Of a DNA stretch of 64,000 bases, positions 1-11,707 are shown in pieces (the stretch's first letter is position 1; each line of letters opens with the position of its first letter). The stretch comes from Eledone cirrhosa (Eukaryota). The notes beneath the pieces were generated by a model, which had not been told where the DNA came from, made no database searches, and saw nothing but the letters and a program-made list of their open reading frames with translations. Position numbers and translations under genes: made by a program. Location of the stretch: NCBI GenBank assembly GCA_964016885.1, contig OZ024740.1, forward strand, positions 248,620,001 through 248,684,000. Direction: 5' to 3'.

Positions 1-1848
1 AGGGTTAATGGTCACCTGTCGCAGCCGTTCAGCATCATGCGCTCAGTCCGTCATGGTTGTCCCTTCTCGTCCCTCTTGTACGTATTGGCTCTCGAGCCTT
101 TACTGCACAAACTGGGTGCGATGAGGGGCGTCCCACGCGAACTAGGATGCGGAAAATCCGAGTCGGCTTACGCCGGCGACGTCACCATGGTGGTGTCGAG
201 CACCAGACACGTCCAGATACTCCGCACCGCTCTCAAGGAATACGAAGCGGTGACAGTAGAAAAGATAAACCAGGAAACGTCATAAGGCTTGCAACTCGGC
301 ACCTGGAGAGGCAAATCCATGCCGTCCGACAGCGTCGTGGCGCGTTGGACGGACGGACCGGTTAAATTGCTCAGGGTCTGGTTTGGACCGGACCTCCAGA
401 TGGAGAAAAACTGGAACGAAGTGACGAGCAAGGTGGCCTCCCTCACCCAGAAATTGGCCGAGTGGAAGCTGTCTGTCCCTGAAAGGCCGGGCGGAGGTGG
501 CGAATGCGTACATCGCATCCGTCATCTGCTACCGCCTCACGTTCGTCCCTTGCCCCGGCTCAACTGTCACCAAAATGGAGCGCCTCCTCTTCCGCTTTTT
601 GTGGAAGGGACGCGCTCCCATGGAAAAACGATCCATCTGCTGTCAACACCCGTTGCGTGGAGGACTGGGCATGCCATGACTGATGATGCACTAACATGCG
701 CTGAGGCTGCGACATCTCTGGTGCTTCCTTGACGGTGAACAGGCACGTTTTCCCACAGCTCGTCTCCTTGACGGAGCTGCAGTCCTGGGTCAGAAAAAGA
801 CCGAGGGATATCGCTTGGAAACTGGAATGTCTCCAGGCCCTCACTACCCTCTCCCGGTTGGGCACCAGTATCGGTGGAACATCCACCTCGGCGTTCTATA
901 GAGGACTAGTGGAGAGGAAGAGTGACGACATTCTCAGAGAGATCCTGGGAGTCGAAGAAGATCAGCTGTTTGCTCTCTTCCGGAGAACTTTCAGTACAGG
1001 GCCTATGGATAACTTCCAAAAATCCCTGGCCTGGCAATGCTACCGGGGAGCGTTACCGGTTCGAGATAAGCTCTACAGGCACGGAAGTGCCGTCAGCCGA
1101 GCCTGTCCGAGATGCGCGCAGAGCGACGAAACCGTCGTGCACGCACTCGTTCAGTGCCCGAGCATTGCTGACTTGTGGAGCTATGTCTAACAGTTGCTGT
1201 CGCGTGTAGGACTGATCCGGTTTTCGACTGAGTCCATTGTGCAGATAGTCTCGCCGTCTTCCTTCGAGGAGGAAGGGCAGGTAGTTTTCATCTGCCTGGT
1301 GGCCATGGCGAAAGAGATTGTGTGGTGGACAAGGTTGAAAGAGTTAAAGACAGATACTTTCCTCTTCGGCGAATCCCTAATTAACTTTTTCAAGTTTCAC
1401 TTGAAGAGGAAAATCAGGGTGTAGAGGTAAGTGCTGCCTTCTAGCAAGTTTGTTGGAAGGTGGGTGAATGTAGCGAGATTGGTCCGAGTGAATATACGTC
1501 TGAATATACGTCTGTTGTTTGAGAAATGGAAAAATTGAGAGAGGGCGCTTGCCCTGGTATTCAGTGTGGCCGTGGTCTTTTGTGTGGTTTTCGCCACAAG
1601 TAACCCTCGGAGGTTCCCCCCCCCCCGCCTCTATTGGGGGATTTTTCATTGTTTCAATTTTCATATTTATTGTTTATATATATATATGTTTCTATGTCCA
1701 TTTTTTTATTTTCTTATATAAATAATAAAAATATTTACACGCACAAAACCCACTTCGTACCGTCCTGTACCGTCCTGTGCCGTCTGTAATGTTTTTCTTG
1801 ATGTCAGCCGTTGTGGCCAATAAAGAAATCATTATTATTATTATTATT
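1..1848 (+). mobile_element. Tx1/L1-clade non-LTR retrotransposon, 3' part (decayed RT and C-terminal zinc finger, 3' UTR, (ATT)n tail); runs off the window start
   Basis: ORF fragments 37-1424 are collinear with ORF2 of the copy at 4241-7650 (GCPFSSLLY, AYAGD for YADD, GGLGMP, CPRC..ETVVHALVQC) but carry stops and frameshifts. AATAAA near 1819 is followed by (ATT)6 at 1831-1848. Confidence 0.92.
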
Positions 1849-2063
1849 GGTGACCTACGTAGTAAATCGTATTATCGTGAGCTCCGCAAAGGTTTGTTGT
1901 TTTCAGTTGTTTAAAATTGTCATTTATGGAAAATTTTTATTGTTAACTGTATATAAGTGCACATACATTGTTTTCTGAAAAGGACACTCAAAAAGATTGG
2001 GGCCTTGAGCCCAAAATTTAAACTTTTTATAATTATCAAACAAAGATTTTTCTTTGAAAAATC

Positions 2064-4206
2064 ATGGACGACTCTGAGTCACACCTTCCTCACAAACTAA
2101 CACCTCACACCGACACCACCATTGTAAATATTACTACGTTTGCCAACACTAAAAATATAAACAGTAGCAATATTTTAAATTTGTCTCAGGCAGACATTCA
2201 TTTCCCTCCATTACCATTGACTGCAGGTGTTAAAGCCACCACCTCCACCACCACCACAACGACAACAGAAACAAAAGAAAAAAATAAATTAACTCGTGAT
2301 ATCGAAATGAATTCAACAAAAATGAACTCTTCCACACCGAACACCACTGACGCCACCACCACCACAACTGAAACTAAAATTTACAATTACAAAAATAACG
2401 ATAACAATAACAGCAACAATGAAATTAAGAAAACCACCCTGAGTTTTGCCAGAGTAGCAAAAAAGTGCGAAGCATTCCTGGTAACTCAGGAGGAATTAAA
2501 AGAAGCCAAAAAGATGGTAAAGAAAGATGGGTACAGAGTCAGCCTCACCCCCCCCCCCCCCACCCACCTAATAAAATGGAGCATCGGCGCCTATGCACCG
2601 TGTCTTATCGGACGATTAACATAAAATCGCGCCGAGTGGAACGGGCAGCCGAGTCCCAAATCCAAAAACCTTTGGGACATGTGTGGGAAAAAGAAACCCA
2701 CATCAGACGTGGGCAGAAATATGGAACCGTGAACATGTTCTTTGAAACACCACAAGAGGCCAGAGAACATTCCATGGCCCCATTAAGAAGTGACGACTTC
2801 ACACTCGTCCCAAGCTATTGTGGCCAGAGAGTCGTGAAGATCAGGGTGACCCACGTTCCACCGGCCATCGAAATTCCCTGGCTAATAGCTGCCGGCCTCG
2901 CCGGCATCGAAGCCAACACCAAGAAAATCTAAATAGCGAAAGAAAAGCAGAAGAACTGGTCCGGATCTGGGATGGAGCTCCTGATCCAAGCGGAACAAAA
3001 AAGCATTGAGGAGATCCCAGAGGTAATAGACCTCACTGACGGCAGCCACCTCACCGTAATCGTCGAGGGCAGAAGGCCTAGGTGTGTCGTTTGTGGTGAA
3101 GGAACCCACCTAAGGGCTTTCTGCCCTCAGGCTAAAAGGTTGAAGCCACCTCTCTTACCCACCCCAGAGACTCAACCATCAACACCACCAGCAGCAGAAA
3201 TGGCAGCAACAACTGTAGCAGCAACAACAGAAGCAACTGTAACAGCAACAACCCCAGCAACAATAGCAAAACCAACACCACCACCACCCAACGCGCCAGA
3301 ACTAGCACCAGCGCCTACACCATCCACCACGCCACAACCAAAACCAACGCCTGTGGAGGATTTTCCACTCCCCGACCTATCGCAACTGGAGACAGATTGT
3401 GACGACGAGGAGTGGGAAACGGTACCAGGAAAAATGAAAAAGAGAAAAAGAAACCAAAAAAGAAAAAATCCTCTTCCTTCCCCCTCCAAAAACAAAATAC
3501 AGAGGGAAACAAATAAACTATCAAACAAAAAAGTTAGGACAGACATTCCACCATCCACACCAGCATCACCAACCCCATCACCCCAAACACCAACACCATC
3601 TCCATCATTAACCCCAACACCACCATCACCTACACCACAAAAGTCACCAAAATGCGAAACAGAAACAAACTCACAACAGACGCAAACAAAACAAAACGAC
3701 CAAAACGATACACACTACACAGCATTAAATTTGAACAACAACCGGTAGATTGGCAGTATCGGTAGAGGGTCGGACGCCATGCTTTCCAGCATAGTTACGT
3801 CCCTTTACGATCTGAGTTCAAATCCCGCCGAGGTTGACTTTGCCTTTCATCCTTACGGGGTCGATAAAATAAAGTACCAGTAATGCACTGGGTAATTGCT
3901 GGCCTTGTGCCTAAAGTAGAAACAATTAAATTTGAACAACAACCAATTATTACACTACATCCAACATAACACCAGCATCACAGAAAAAGACTACACAACA
4001 ACCCAAAATTCACACCACCTCCACACATACAAATCACTCGCATCACACATAAAACGTACATGACACTAAAACAAAAATTCCTCAAATACAATGGAGACTT
4101 CTGACAAGCACTCTCCAGAAGGATTTATAAGGACATCCTTCCTGAGGAGGCCACAAGCAGTGAAAAGGATGGAGAAACCGTCCTTCCTCTGCGAGAAGTA
4201 AGGTAA
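2064..4206 (+). pseudogene. Tx1 ORF1 (gag-like, CCHC knuckle, Pro/Thr-rich), disrupted
   Basis: Fragments 2064-2624, 2465-2932 and 2972-3748. CVVCGEGTHLRAFC fits CX2CX4HX4C. There is a frameshift at the poly-C near 2550, in-frame stops and a SINE insertion. The frame resumes after the SINE and ends ...LREVR-TAA at 4204-4206. Confidence 0.8.
3744..3924 (+). mobile_element. tRNA-derived SINE (octopus-type) inserted in Tx1 ORF1
   Basis: Box A-like TGGCAGTATCGG and box B GAGTTCAAATC. Exact 20-bp target site duplication ATTAAATTTGAACAACAACC at 3724-3743 and 3925-3944. Near-identical copies at 60279 and 63693. Confidence 0.92.
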
Positions 4207-4240
4207 GTGGTCTTTCCCATCTTTTCCACTCCATTTCAAC

Positions 4241-7200
4241 ATGACCTCACTCAGAATAGGCAGCATAAATGCGCGTGGCTTGGGGTCGTCATGGAAGCAG
4301 GGCCATCTGCTCAACGACCTCAGGTCACTAAACATAGATGTAGTGGCCATCAGCGAGACCAGAATCTCCGAAGCACAGGCCTTCGCACCGATCTTCGGCG
4401 GCTACGATGTGTACGCATCTCCCAGCCGTCCGGGATCGGGGGTGGAGTTGCTGTGCTTTTTCGGAGAGGTTTGGATCTTGCGATACGGGCCATCTTCCTG
4501 GACCCAGAAGGTAAGTTGGTGGTGCTGGACGTGACCAGCGGAGACAGGCAAGCTTTCAGGTTAGTGGCCGTCTATGCCCCGACAGGAGCAGGGCGGCCTG
4601 ATTTCTTCCGGCGCCTGGAGACCTTTCTTGGAACGTCCCGCTCTTTAGTGTTAGTGGGTGACTGGATCTTAGATGCACGCTGGGATTGTGTGGGATTAGT
4701 GGATAGGGAAGGAGGGTGCAAGAGTCTCACCAACCTGCTCAGGCGTTTTGAACTGTCTGACAGGTACCGAATGGATTTCCCGAATGTACCAATGTGGACT
4801 TGGACAAATCGCATAGGGTCATCCAGATCATATCTAGATAGAGTATTTTATAGGGAAATAGATAGGTCTAGCATAGGATGTCCACAATTCAAGATAGTCA
4901 GCTACACGGACCACAAATTCGTGATCTGTGAGCTTGACTTAGATAGGCTTCATAGACGAGGACCCGGCTACTGGAAGCTAAACGCGTCCTTACCAGCGCG
5001 CAAGGCCTACAGAGACCGGATTAGCGAACTAGTTAAGCGGGCGTTGACGGGGGCCATCGTCAACAACAAGTGGTGGTTTGCTCTGAAAAGAGCAATTAGA
5101 ATAGAGTCCATTAGGTTTAGTAAGGCTTTAGCAATAGAGAAAAATAGAGCAGACGGAGAATTAGTTAGAAAATTAGACGAGGCGCTTAGCAAAGGCATCG
5201 CGACCGACGTACTTGCGGCGAAATTGGCCCTTGACCAATTCTTCAATGCAAAGCACGAAGGCTGCGTTGTCAGAGCTAGGGTGCGTGCTCTCAGACACGA
5301 GGGGACGAAAGCCGTTCAATGGGCCCGAGTGGCGGAGGCGCGTCGTGGCAATAAAGCCACGATCCGGTCTATGGTGGACCACAACGGGCGCATGCTACTC
5401 GATCCCGGGCAAATGTGTGAAGCTTTTCAGCGGCATTTCGCTCAACTGTTCGGAGGCAGTGGCGGGCCGGATCGAGGGGTGGACTTTAGTGTCTACCTCG
5501 ACGGACTGCCGCGGCTTTCGGCCACTGAGGCGGAGTGTTGCGAAAAGCCGATAACAACCGCTGAAGTACGGGAGGCAATGACTGGCTGCACAAGGGGTAA
5601 ATCGCCTGGTTTGGATGGTCTGCCCTATGAACTTTACGTACAAATGCCAGACTTGTTCGGAGGCCTCTTGGCGGACGTCTACTGCAACTGGCAACAGAAC
5701 GGGTGAATTCCCAGCTCTGTGAGCCGAGGAGCGGTGGCGCTGCTGAGAAAGGATCCGAACAAGGGGGATAACATAGATAATTTTAGGCGCATAACTCTGC
5801 TAAACACAGCTTTCAAGATTTTGGCCAAGGTGCTAGCAAAGAGGTTGGCGCTTGTCGTTGGTAGTCTGGTGGGAGAGGCACAGACATGCGCCATTCCCGA
5901 CAGATCCATCCACGACAACCTCCACCTCATGCGATACATCGTAGAGAGGGTAGCTAGGGAACCTGGCACGGGTGGGTCTTTGATCAAATTAGATCAGTCG
6001 AAAGCCTTCGATAGGGTCGACCATCGTTACCTAGCGGCAGTCCTGAGGGCGGCTGGCTTTGGGCCCGTCTTCAGAGGCTGGATCGCTGCCATGCACAGCG
6101 ACATCTGCTCAGTAGTGAGAGTGAACGGTCACCTTTCGGAACCGTTCAACATCATGCGCTTGGTCCGCCAAGGATGTCCCCTCTCGTCCCTCTTGTACGT
6201 ATTGACTCTCGAACCATTACTGCACAAACTGGAGACGTTGAGGTGGGTCCCGCGCGAACTAGGATGCGGAAGATCCGTGTCAGCATATGCGGACGATGTC
6301 ACCGTAGTGGTGTCGAACGCCAAACACATCGAGGCGATCGGCACTACACTAAGAGAATACGAAGCGGTGACAGGAGCAATGATAAACCAGGAAAAGTCAG
6401 TGGGCCTGCAGCTCGGCACCTGGAGAGGCAGGTCCATGCTGTCCAACAGCGTCGTCGGGCGCTGGACGGACGGACGGGTTAAATTGCTAGGGGTCTGGTT
6501 CGGTCCAGACCTCCAGACGGACAAAAACTGGGACGAGGTGACGAGCAGGGTGGCTTCTCTCACCCAGAAATGGGCCGAGAGGAAGCTATCCCTGAAAGGT
6601 CGAGCGGAGGTGGCGAATGCGTACATCGCATCCGTCATCTACTACCGCCTGACCGTCGTACCTTATCCTAAGCCCCGCCTGACTGCGCTGGAGCGTTTGC
6701 TCTTTCGCTTCTTGTGGAAGGGACGCGCTCCGATGGTCAGGCGGTCCATCTGCTGTCAACACCCGCTACGTGGAGGGCTGGGCATGCCGTGGCTGATGAT
6801 GCGCAGACACGCGCTCAGGCTACGACATCTCCACCTCTTCCTCGACGGTGATCAGGTGTGGTCGCCGTTTGCTAGACACGTTTTTCCCCAGCTCGTCTCC
6901 TTGACGGAGCTGCAGTCCTGGGTCAAGCGAAGACCGAGAGGGAGCGCTTGGAGACTGGAATGTCTTCAGGCGCTCACAGCCCTCGACCAATCGGGCAATG
7001 TGATCGGTGGAAACTCCACCTTGGCGTTCTATAGGGGATTAGTGGAGGGGAAGTGCGACGACGTACTTGGAGAAACTCTAGGCGTCGACGAAAATCAACT
7101 AGCCAATCTCTTCGGAAGGACTTTCGGGCCGGGGCCTATGGACAACTTCCAGAAATCCCTGGCCTGGCAGTGCTACCGAGGAGCTTTGCCAGTTCGGGAT

Positions 7201-7650
7201 AAACTCTACAGGCATGGAGGTGCCGTCAGCCGGGCATGTCCGAGATGCGCGCAGGGCGACGAAACCGTCCTGCACGCACTCGTCCAGTGTCCGAGCATTG
7301 CTGACTTGTGGGTTTATGTCGAACACCTGCTGTCACGTGTAGGACGGATCCAGCTATCAACTGAGTCCATCGTGAGGATTGCCCCGCCCCCTTCCTTTAG
7401 CCGGGAAGGGCAGGCAGTTTTTATCTGTCTGGTGGCCATGGCGAAAGAGATAGTATGGTGGACACGTTTGAAAGGGCTGAAGACGAGCACTTACCTCTTC
7501 GGTGATGCCCTGATTAACTTTTTCAAATTTCATTTGAAAAGGAAAATCAGGGTAGAGAGGGAAGTGCTCTCTTCCCAGCATTTTGTTGAAAGATGGGTGA
7601 GAGAAGCAAGTATGGCCCGAATGAATATGTGTCTGAGTATGTGTCTGTAA
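4241..7650 (+). pseudogene. Tx1 ORF2: APE endonuclease, reverse transcriptase and C-terminal zinc finger (one frameshift near 4435, TGA at 5704-5706)
   Basis: MTSLRIGSINARGL, VVAISET, SYLDRVF, YTDH, GYWKLN, KSPGLDG, DQSKAFDRV, VRQGCPLS, AYADD, GGLGMP, CPRC..HALVQC. Confidence 0.93.
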
Positions 7651-7896
7651 ATTAAAGGTGGAAAACTGGGAGAGGGCACTTGCCCTGGTGGTCAGGGCCA
7701 CTGTGGTCTTTTAATGGGCTTTCTCCACAAATGTCCCTCGGAAGTCTCCCCCCTATTGGGGAATTTTTCTTTGTTATTTTATTTCATCCTCTGTTTTTTT
7801 TTTTACACGCAGAAATGCCCATTTGTACCGTCCTGTATTGTCCTGTACTGTCCTTAATGTCTACTTTATGTAAACCCTTGTGGTTAATAAAGAAAA

Positions 7897-7956
<60 letters not shown>

Positions 7957-8120
7957 CACAACCGCTATGACGATAATTACCTCTACCGCCTTCGATATTA
8001 CCGTGGTCATTAGCGTTATTGATGACATTACTACAAAAGCAGTTCCTATTATTCCTCATAGAGGTGGTTACATTATCGGTGTGTGTGATGGGGTTGTTTT
8101 CCCTGTTACCATTACCATTA

Positions 8121-8624
8121 ACACATGCATACTTACAAACTCATACATAATTGTTTCTACCTTTTACTTAAAGTAAAAACAATTTCCACACATTTGTTGC
8201 AAACTAAAGAATGAATGGTTCATTCTACTACATTACACATAATTAGCAGATAGAAAATAATACATTAGAGAGAAAGAAAAGACGAAAAGGATAGAGAGAA
8301 AGACTAAAAGAAGGCAATAGGGAGGAGTCAGAGAGGTTAAAATCAATAGTGCCGTAATGTGAACTTCGATAAATATGAATAGAAAACAGAGGAATTCCGA
8401 GCTGACTCTAGATATGTAAATGCAACTTCTATATATGGAATTCCATATAAGGATTCTCCAAAACAGATCAATATTTTAGCGATATAAAAATAGATTCTCC
8501 ATTGCATGCTGGAAAATATATCTTGCATGCACCTCTATGTGTACATGCCAGCACGTTGGTATATAATTAGAGGCAAACGAATGTATATTCGATATCTTTA
8601 GATCTGTATATAGATAGTGTGATG

Positions 8625-8717
<93 letters not shown>

Positions 8718-9405
8718 CTTTCACCGTATTTTTAACTAAAGGAATTTTAGCTTGATAACGGGGTTTAGAACCCTCAGATAAATGTACGTCAATACTCATC
8801 CTTTTCCATTTATCTGAGGGTTCTAAACCCCGTTATCAAGCTAAAATTCCTTTAGTTAAAAATACGGTGAAAGCTATATATATATATATATATATATATA
8901 ATCATCACACTATCTATATACAGATCTAAAGATATCGAATATACATTCGTTTGCCTCTAATTATATACCAACGTGCTGGCATGTACACATAGAGGTGCAT
9001 GCAAGATATATTTTCCAGCATGCAATGGAGAATCTATTTTTATATCGCTAAAATATTGATCTGTTTTGGAGAATCCTTATATGGAATTCCATATATAGAA
9101 GTTGCATTTACATATCTAGAGTCAGCTCGGAATTCCTCTGTTTTCTATTCATATTTATCGAAGTTCACATTACGGCACTATTGATTTTAACCTCTCTGAC
9201 TCCTCCCTATTGCCTTCTTTTAGTCTTTCTCTCTATCCTTTTCGTCTTTTCTTTCTCTCTAATGTATTATTTTCTATCTGCTAATCATGTGTAATGTAGT
9301 AGAATGAACCATTCATTCTTTAGTTTGCAACAAATGTGTGGAAATTGTTTTTACTTTAAGTAAAAGGTAGAAACAATTATGTATGAGTTTGTAAGTATGC
9401 ATGTG

Positions 9406-9406
<1 letters not shown>
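8121..9406. repeat. Long near-perfect inverted repeat (arms 8121-8784 and 8807-9406, 22-nt loop), each arm containing (TA)n
   Basis: Identical 61-aa ORFs are called on opposite strands (8343-8528 - and 8999-9184 +). The arms differ mainly in (TA)n length, with at least one substitution. Confidence 0.97.
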
Positions 9407-9448
<42 letters not shown>

Positions 9449-9612
9449 AGAAGATGTCTGCTGTGCTGCAGGGTACACTAGGTTTTGCAGTAGTCAACAA
9501 AGAATGTTCAAAATGTGCATCGTAGTAAATCTAAAGCGGTGTCTAATGGATATGTTGGTGCATGTGCGGAGCAATTGGGCTGTGTGTATATAGTACGGCA
9601 GTAGTTTTCAGT

Positions 9613-9801
9613 CAGCAATGCGTAGAAAGGTGTAGAAACGTGTAGAAATGTGTAGAAATGTGTAGAAACGTGTAGAAATGTGTAGAAATGTGTGGAAACG
9701 TGTAGAAACGTGTAGAAACGTGTAGAAATGTGTAGAAATGTGTAGAAACGTATAGAAATGTGTAGAAATGTGTGGAAACGTGTAGAAATGTGTAGAAATG
9801 T
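9613..9801. repeat. 10-bp minisatellite (TGTAGAAAYG)n, about 18 units
   Basis: Directly visible tandem repeat. Confidence 0.95.
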
Positions 9802-10563
9802 GGTGTAGCTAGCAAGCAAGTTTGAATTGTTTAAGCTGTCCATGGATATGTGTATATGTATGTATGTATGTATGTATCACTATGTATGTATCCGTGTATT
9901 TATGTGTGTATACTTTCCATTATGTCGGATAAATCATTCAAATTAAATTTGTTTCGTAAAGATGGTGTAGTGACGATGATGGAAGAGATGACGGTGGTGG
10001 CGATGAGAGGGGGAGTGATGGTGAGAGGGATGATGAAAGTTGTAGTGGGAGACTTGAAATCTGGATACTAGTGAAGGAGGCGGTGCTCACTGTGAAAGCG
10101 CGTGATCATGACATTCCGTATAGAGGCTGTGACTGGAAAAATTGTAGAATGTTCCAGAAAAGATATTTGCAGACCACTGATTGGATAAGAGCCACGGAGA
10201 GAATACCAAAAAAGCATATCTACAATTATGGTAAGAAAGCGAGGAATTTCCCAGATTTCTAAATATAGTCATGTTTGTGGTTGTAAAACACGTGCAGCAT
10301 TCTGCCTATTATACTTGCACATATCGGGTTCCATCTGCGTATACATACATCAATACATTCACTTATGAATGTATATATGAAGCAAAGTATTTGTTATGGT
10401 AAATTCAAAGAAAAATAAACACAAGTACCAAAATACGAGTTTAATAAATAGCTTTACTTCACTTCACAAAAGATACAATTGATAAACCATATCATTGTAA
10501 TGCACATAAGCTAATTTCTTTGGCCTATGCAAAATATCCCATTGCATTGTATGGTGATGTGCC

Positions 10564-10676
<113 letters not shown>

Positions 10677-11089
10677 GAAAGAGAGAGAGAGGGGGGAGAG
10701 ATGTAAAATCCCGACTGCGGCGCCAAGCAGTTTCAGCTTGTGTTCAGCAAGCCTTTCAAGGGTGTAATAATATTTGTAGGGTGTGAGAAAATAGGTCACT
10801 AGTCTTGGTAGTGTTTTGGTGGAAATTATCGCAGTAGTAAACTGGTCTGATGGAGAAATGTGGGGGCCAAAAAATGGTAATAGGTGGATAAACTAAGTGA
10901 GGGGTGGGACAGTGTGGTGTGGGGCATAGGTCTATGTATGTGGGTTCTCAGGGTAAGTGTGGGTATTTGGGCAGGAGTGTAAGGTGGGACCTAGTCCAGG
11001 TACAGGTCGCTGCGCGAGTGGTTCTGGTTCCTGCGTTTGATAGGTGTAGATCATTAGCCTCCAGGATCGTTTGTTTGTTTAAGACATAG

Positions 11090-11411
11090 GTGCATACATT
11101 TGGTGACTAGTTCATATTTTTTATTCATGGTGGTGGTCCAGCGTAATTGGTAGTGTATTCCGTTTACGCGTAACCGCCAGAGGTGGCTGAGAAGCTTGTT
11201 GTATGCTTTTTTTCTGGATATCTGAAGGAAAATTTGTGCTGCGTGAAAATTCGTGCTGGGATTTGAAGGTGTTAACCGTCATATCTAAGTATGCGTTTCT
11301 CTGCGTGCTGGTAGTGACCTCGCATTTGTATACTACATTGATAGTTAGGCATTCGGAGTCCAAAGGGCACTCCTCCCGGTGGCAGCAATTGCAGTTTTGT
11401 TCTATAGTCAA
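11090..11411 (-). mobile_element. Penelope-like element fragment, GIY-YIG endonuclease region
   Basis: CNCCHREECPLDSECLTINVVYKCEV..AYLDMTVNTFK matches the Cys-rich linker and GIY-YIG start typical of Penelope endonucleases. Confidence 0.75.
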
Positions 11412-11506
11412 GTCCCCTGTATCAGGAAAAAGAAAACTTTTTTGAGTTTTTAAATGTTTGCATAGAAGGTTGTAATATTTTCACATTTTTTAAAGGTTTT
11501 TATGCC

Positions 11507-11558
11507 GTCTGAAGAGCTCAGGCTATCAAAATTGGTAGTCTTCAGTGAAATATGTAAC
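11507..11558 (+). ncRNA. Minimal type I hammerhead ribozyme motif (core intact, weak stem I)
   Basis: CTGAAGA 11509-11515; stem II gct..ggctatc/ggtagtc..agt; GAAA 11547-11550; short stem III; GTA triplet. Only 2 bp of stem I pair. Confidence 0.5.
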
Positions 11559-11707
11559 ACGACGATTTAAATAAACCTAAATCAATAGCTTAAGGCCTCC
11601 GATCTTTTTAATATTATATATATATATATCACAGAAAAAAAGAGAATCAGTGTTGCGACGAATGGAATTTATTGGACATATGACAATCGTTTCTCTGGCG
11701 ATCAGCT

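Larger units (their letters stand above)
1849..7956 (+). mobile_element. Near full-length Tx1/L1-clade LINE (5' UTR, ORF1, ORF2 APE-RT-zinc finger, 3' UTR, (ATT)20 tail)
   Basis: Two-ORF layout. AATAAA near 7886 is followed by (ATT)n at 7897-7956. The 3' UTR resembles that of the upstream copy. The 5' boundary is approximate. Confidence 0.92.

Noticed and set aside
3744-3830. tRNA gene (box A/box B), also near 60279 and 63693
   Set aside because: No cloverleaf; it is the head of a multi-copy SINE with a TSD.
6129-6638. Long antisense ORFs within Tx1 ORF2, the CRE element and Gypsy pol
   Set aside because: Expected shadow ORFs in GC-rich coding sequence, with no independent motifs.
8343-9184. 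Two identical 61-aa ORFs on opposite strands
   Set aside because: A by-product of the inverted repeat, with no recognisable protein features.
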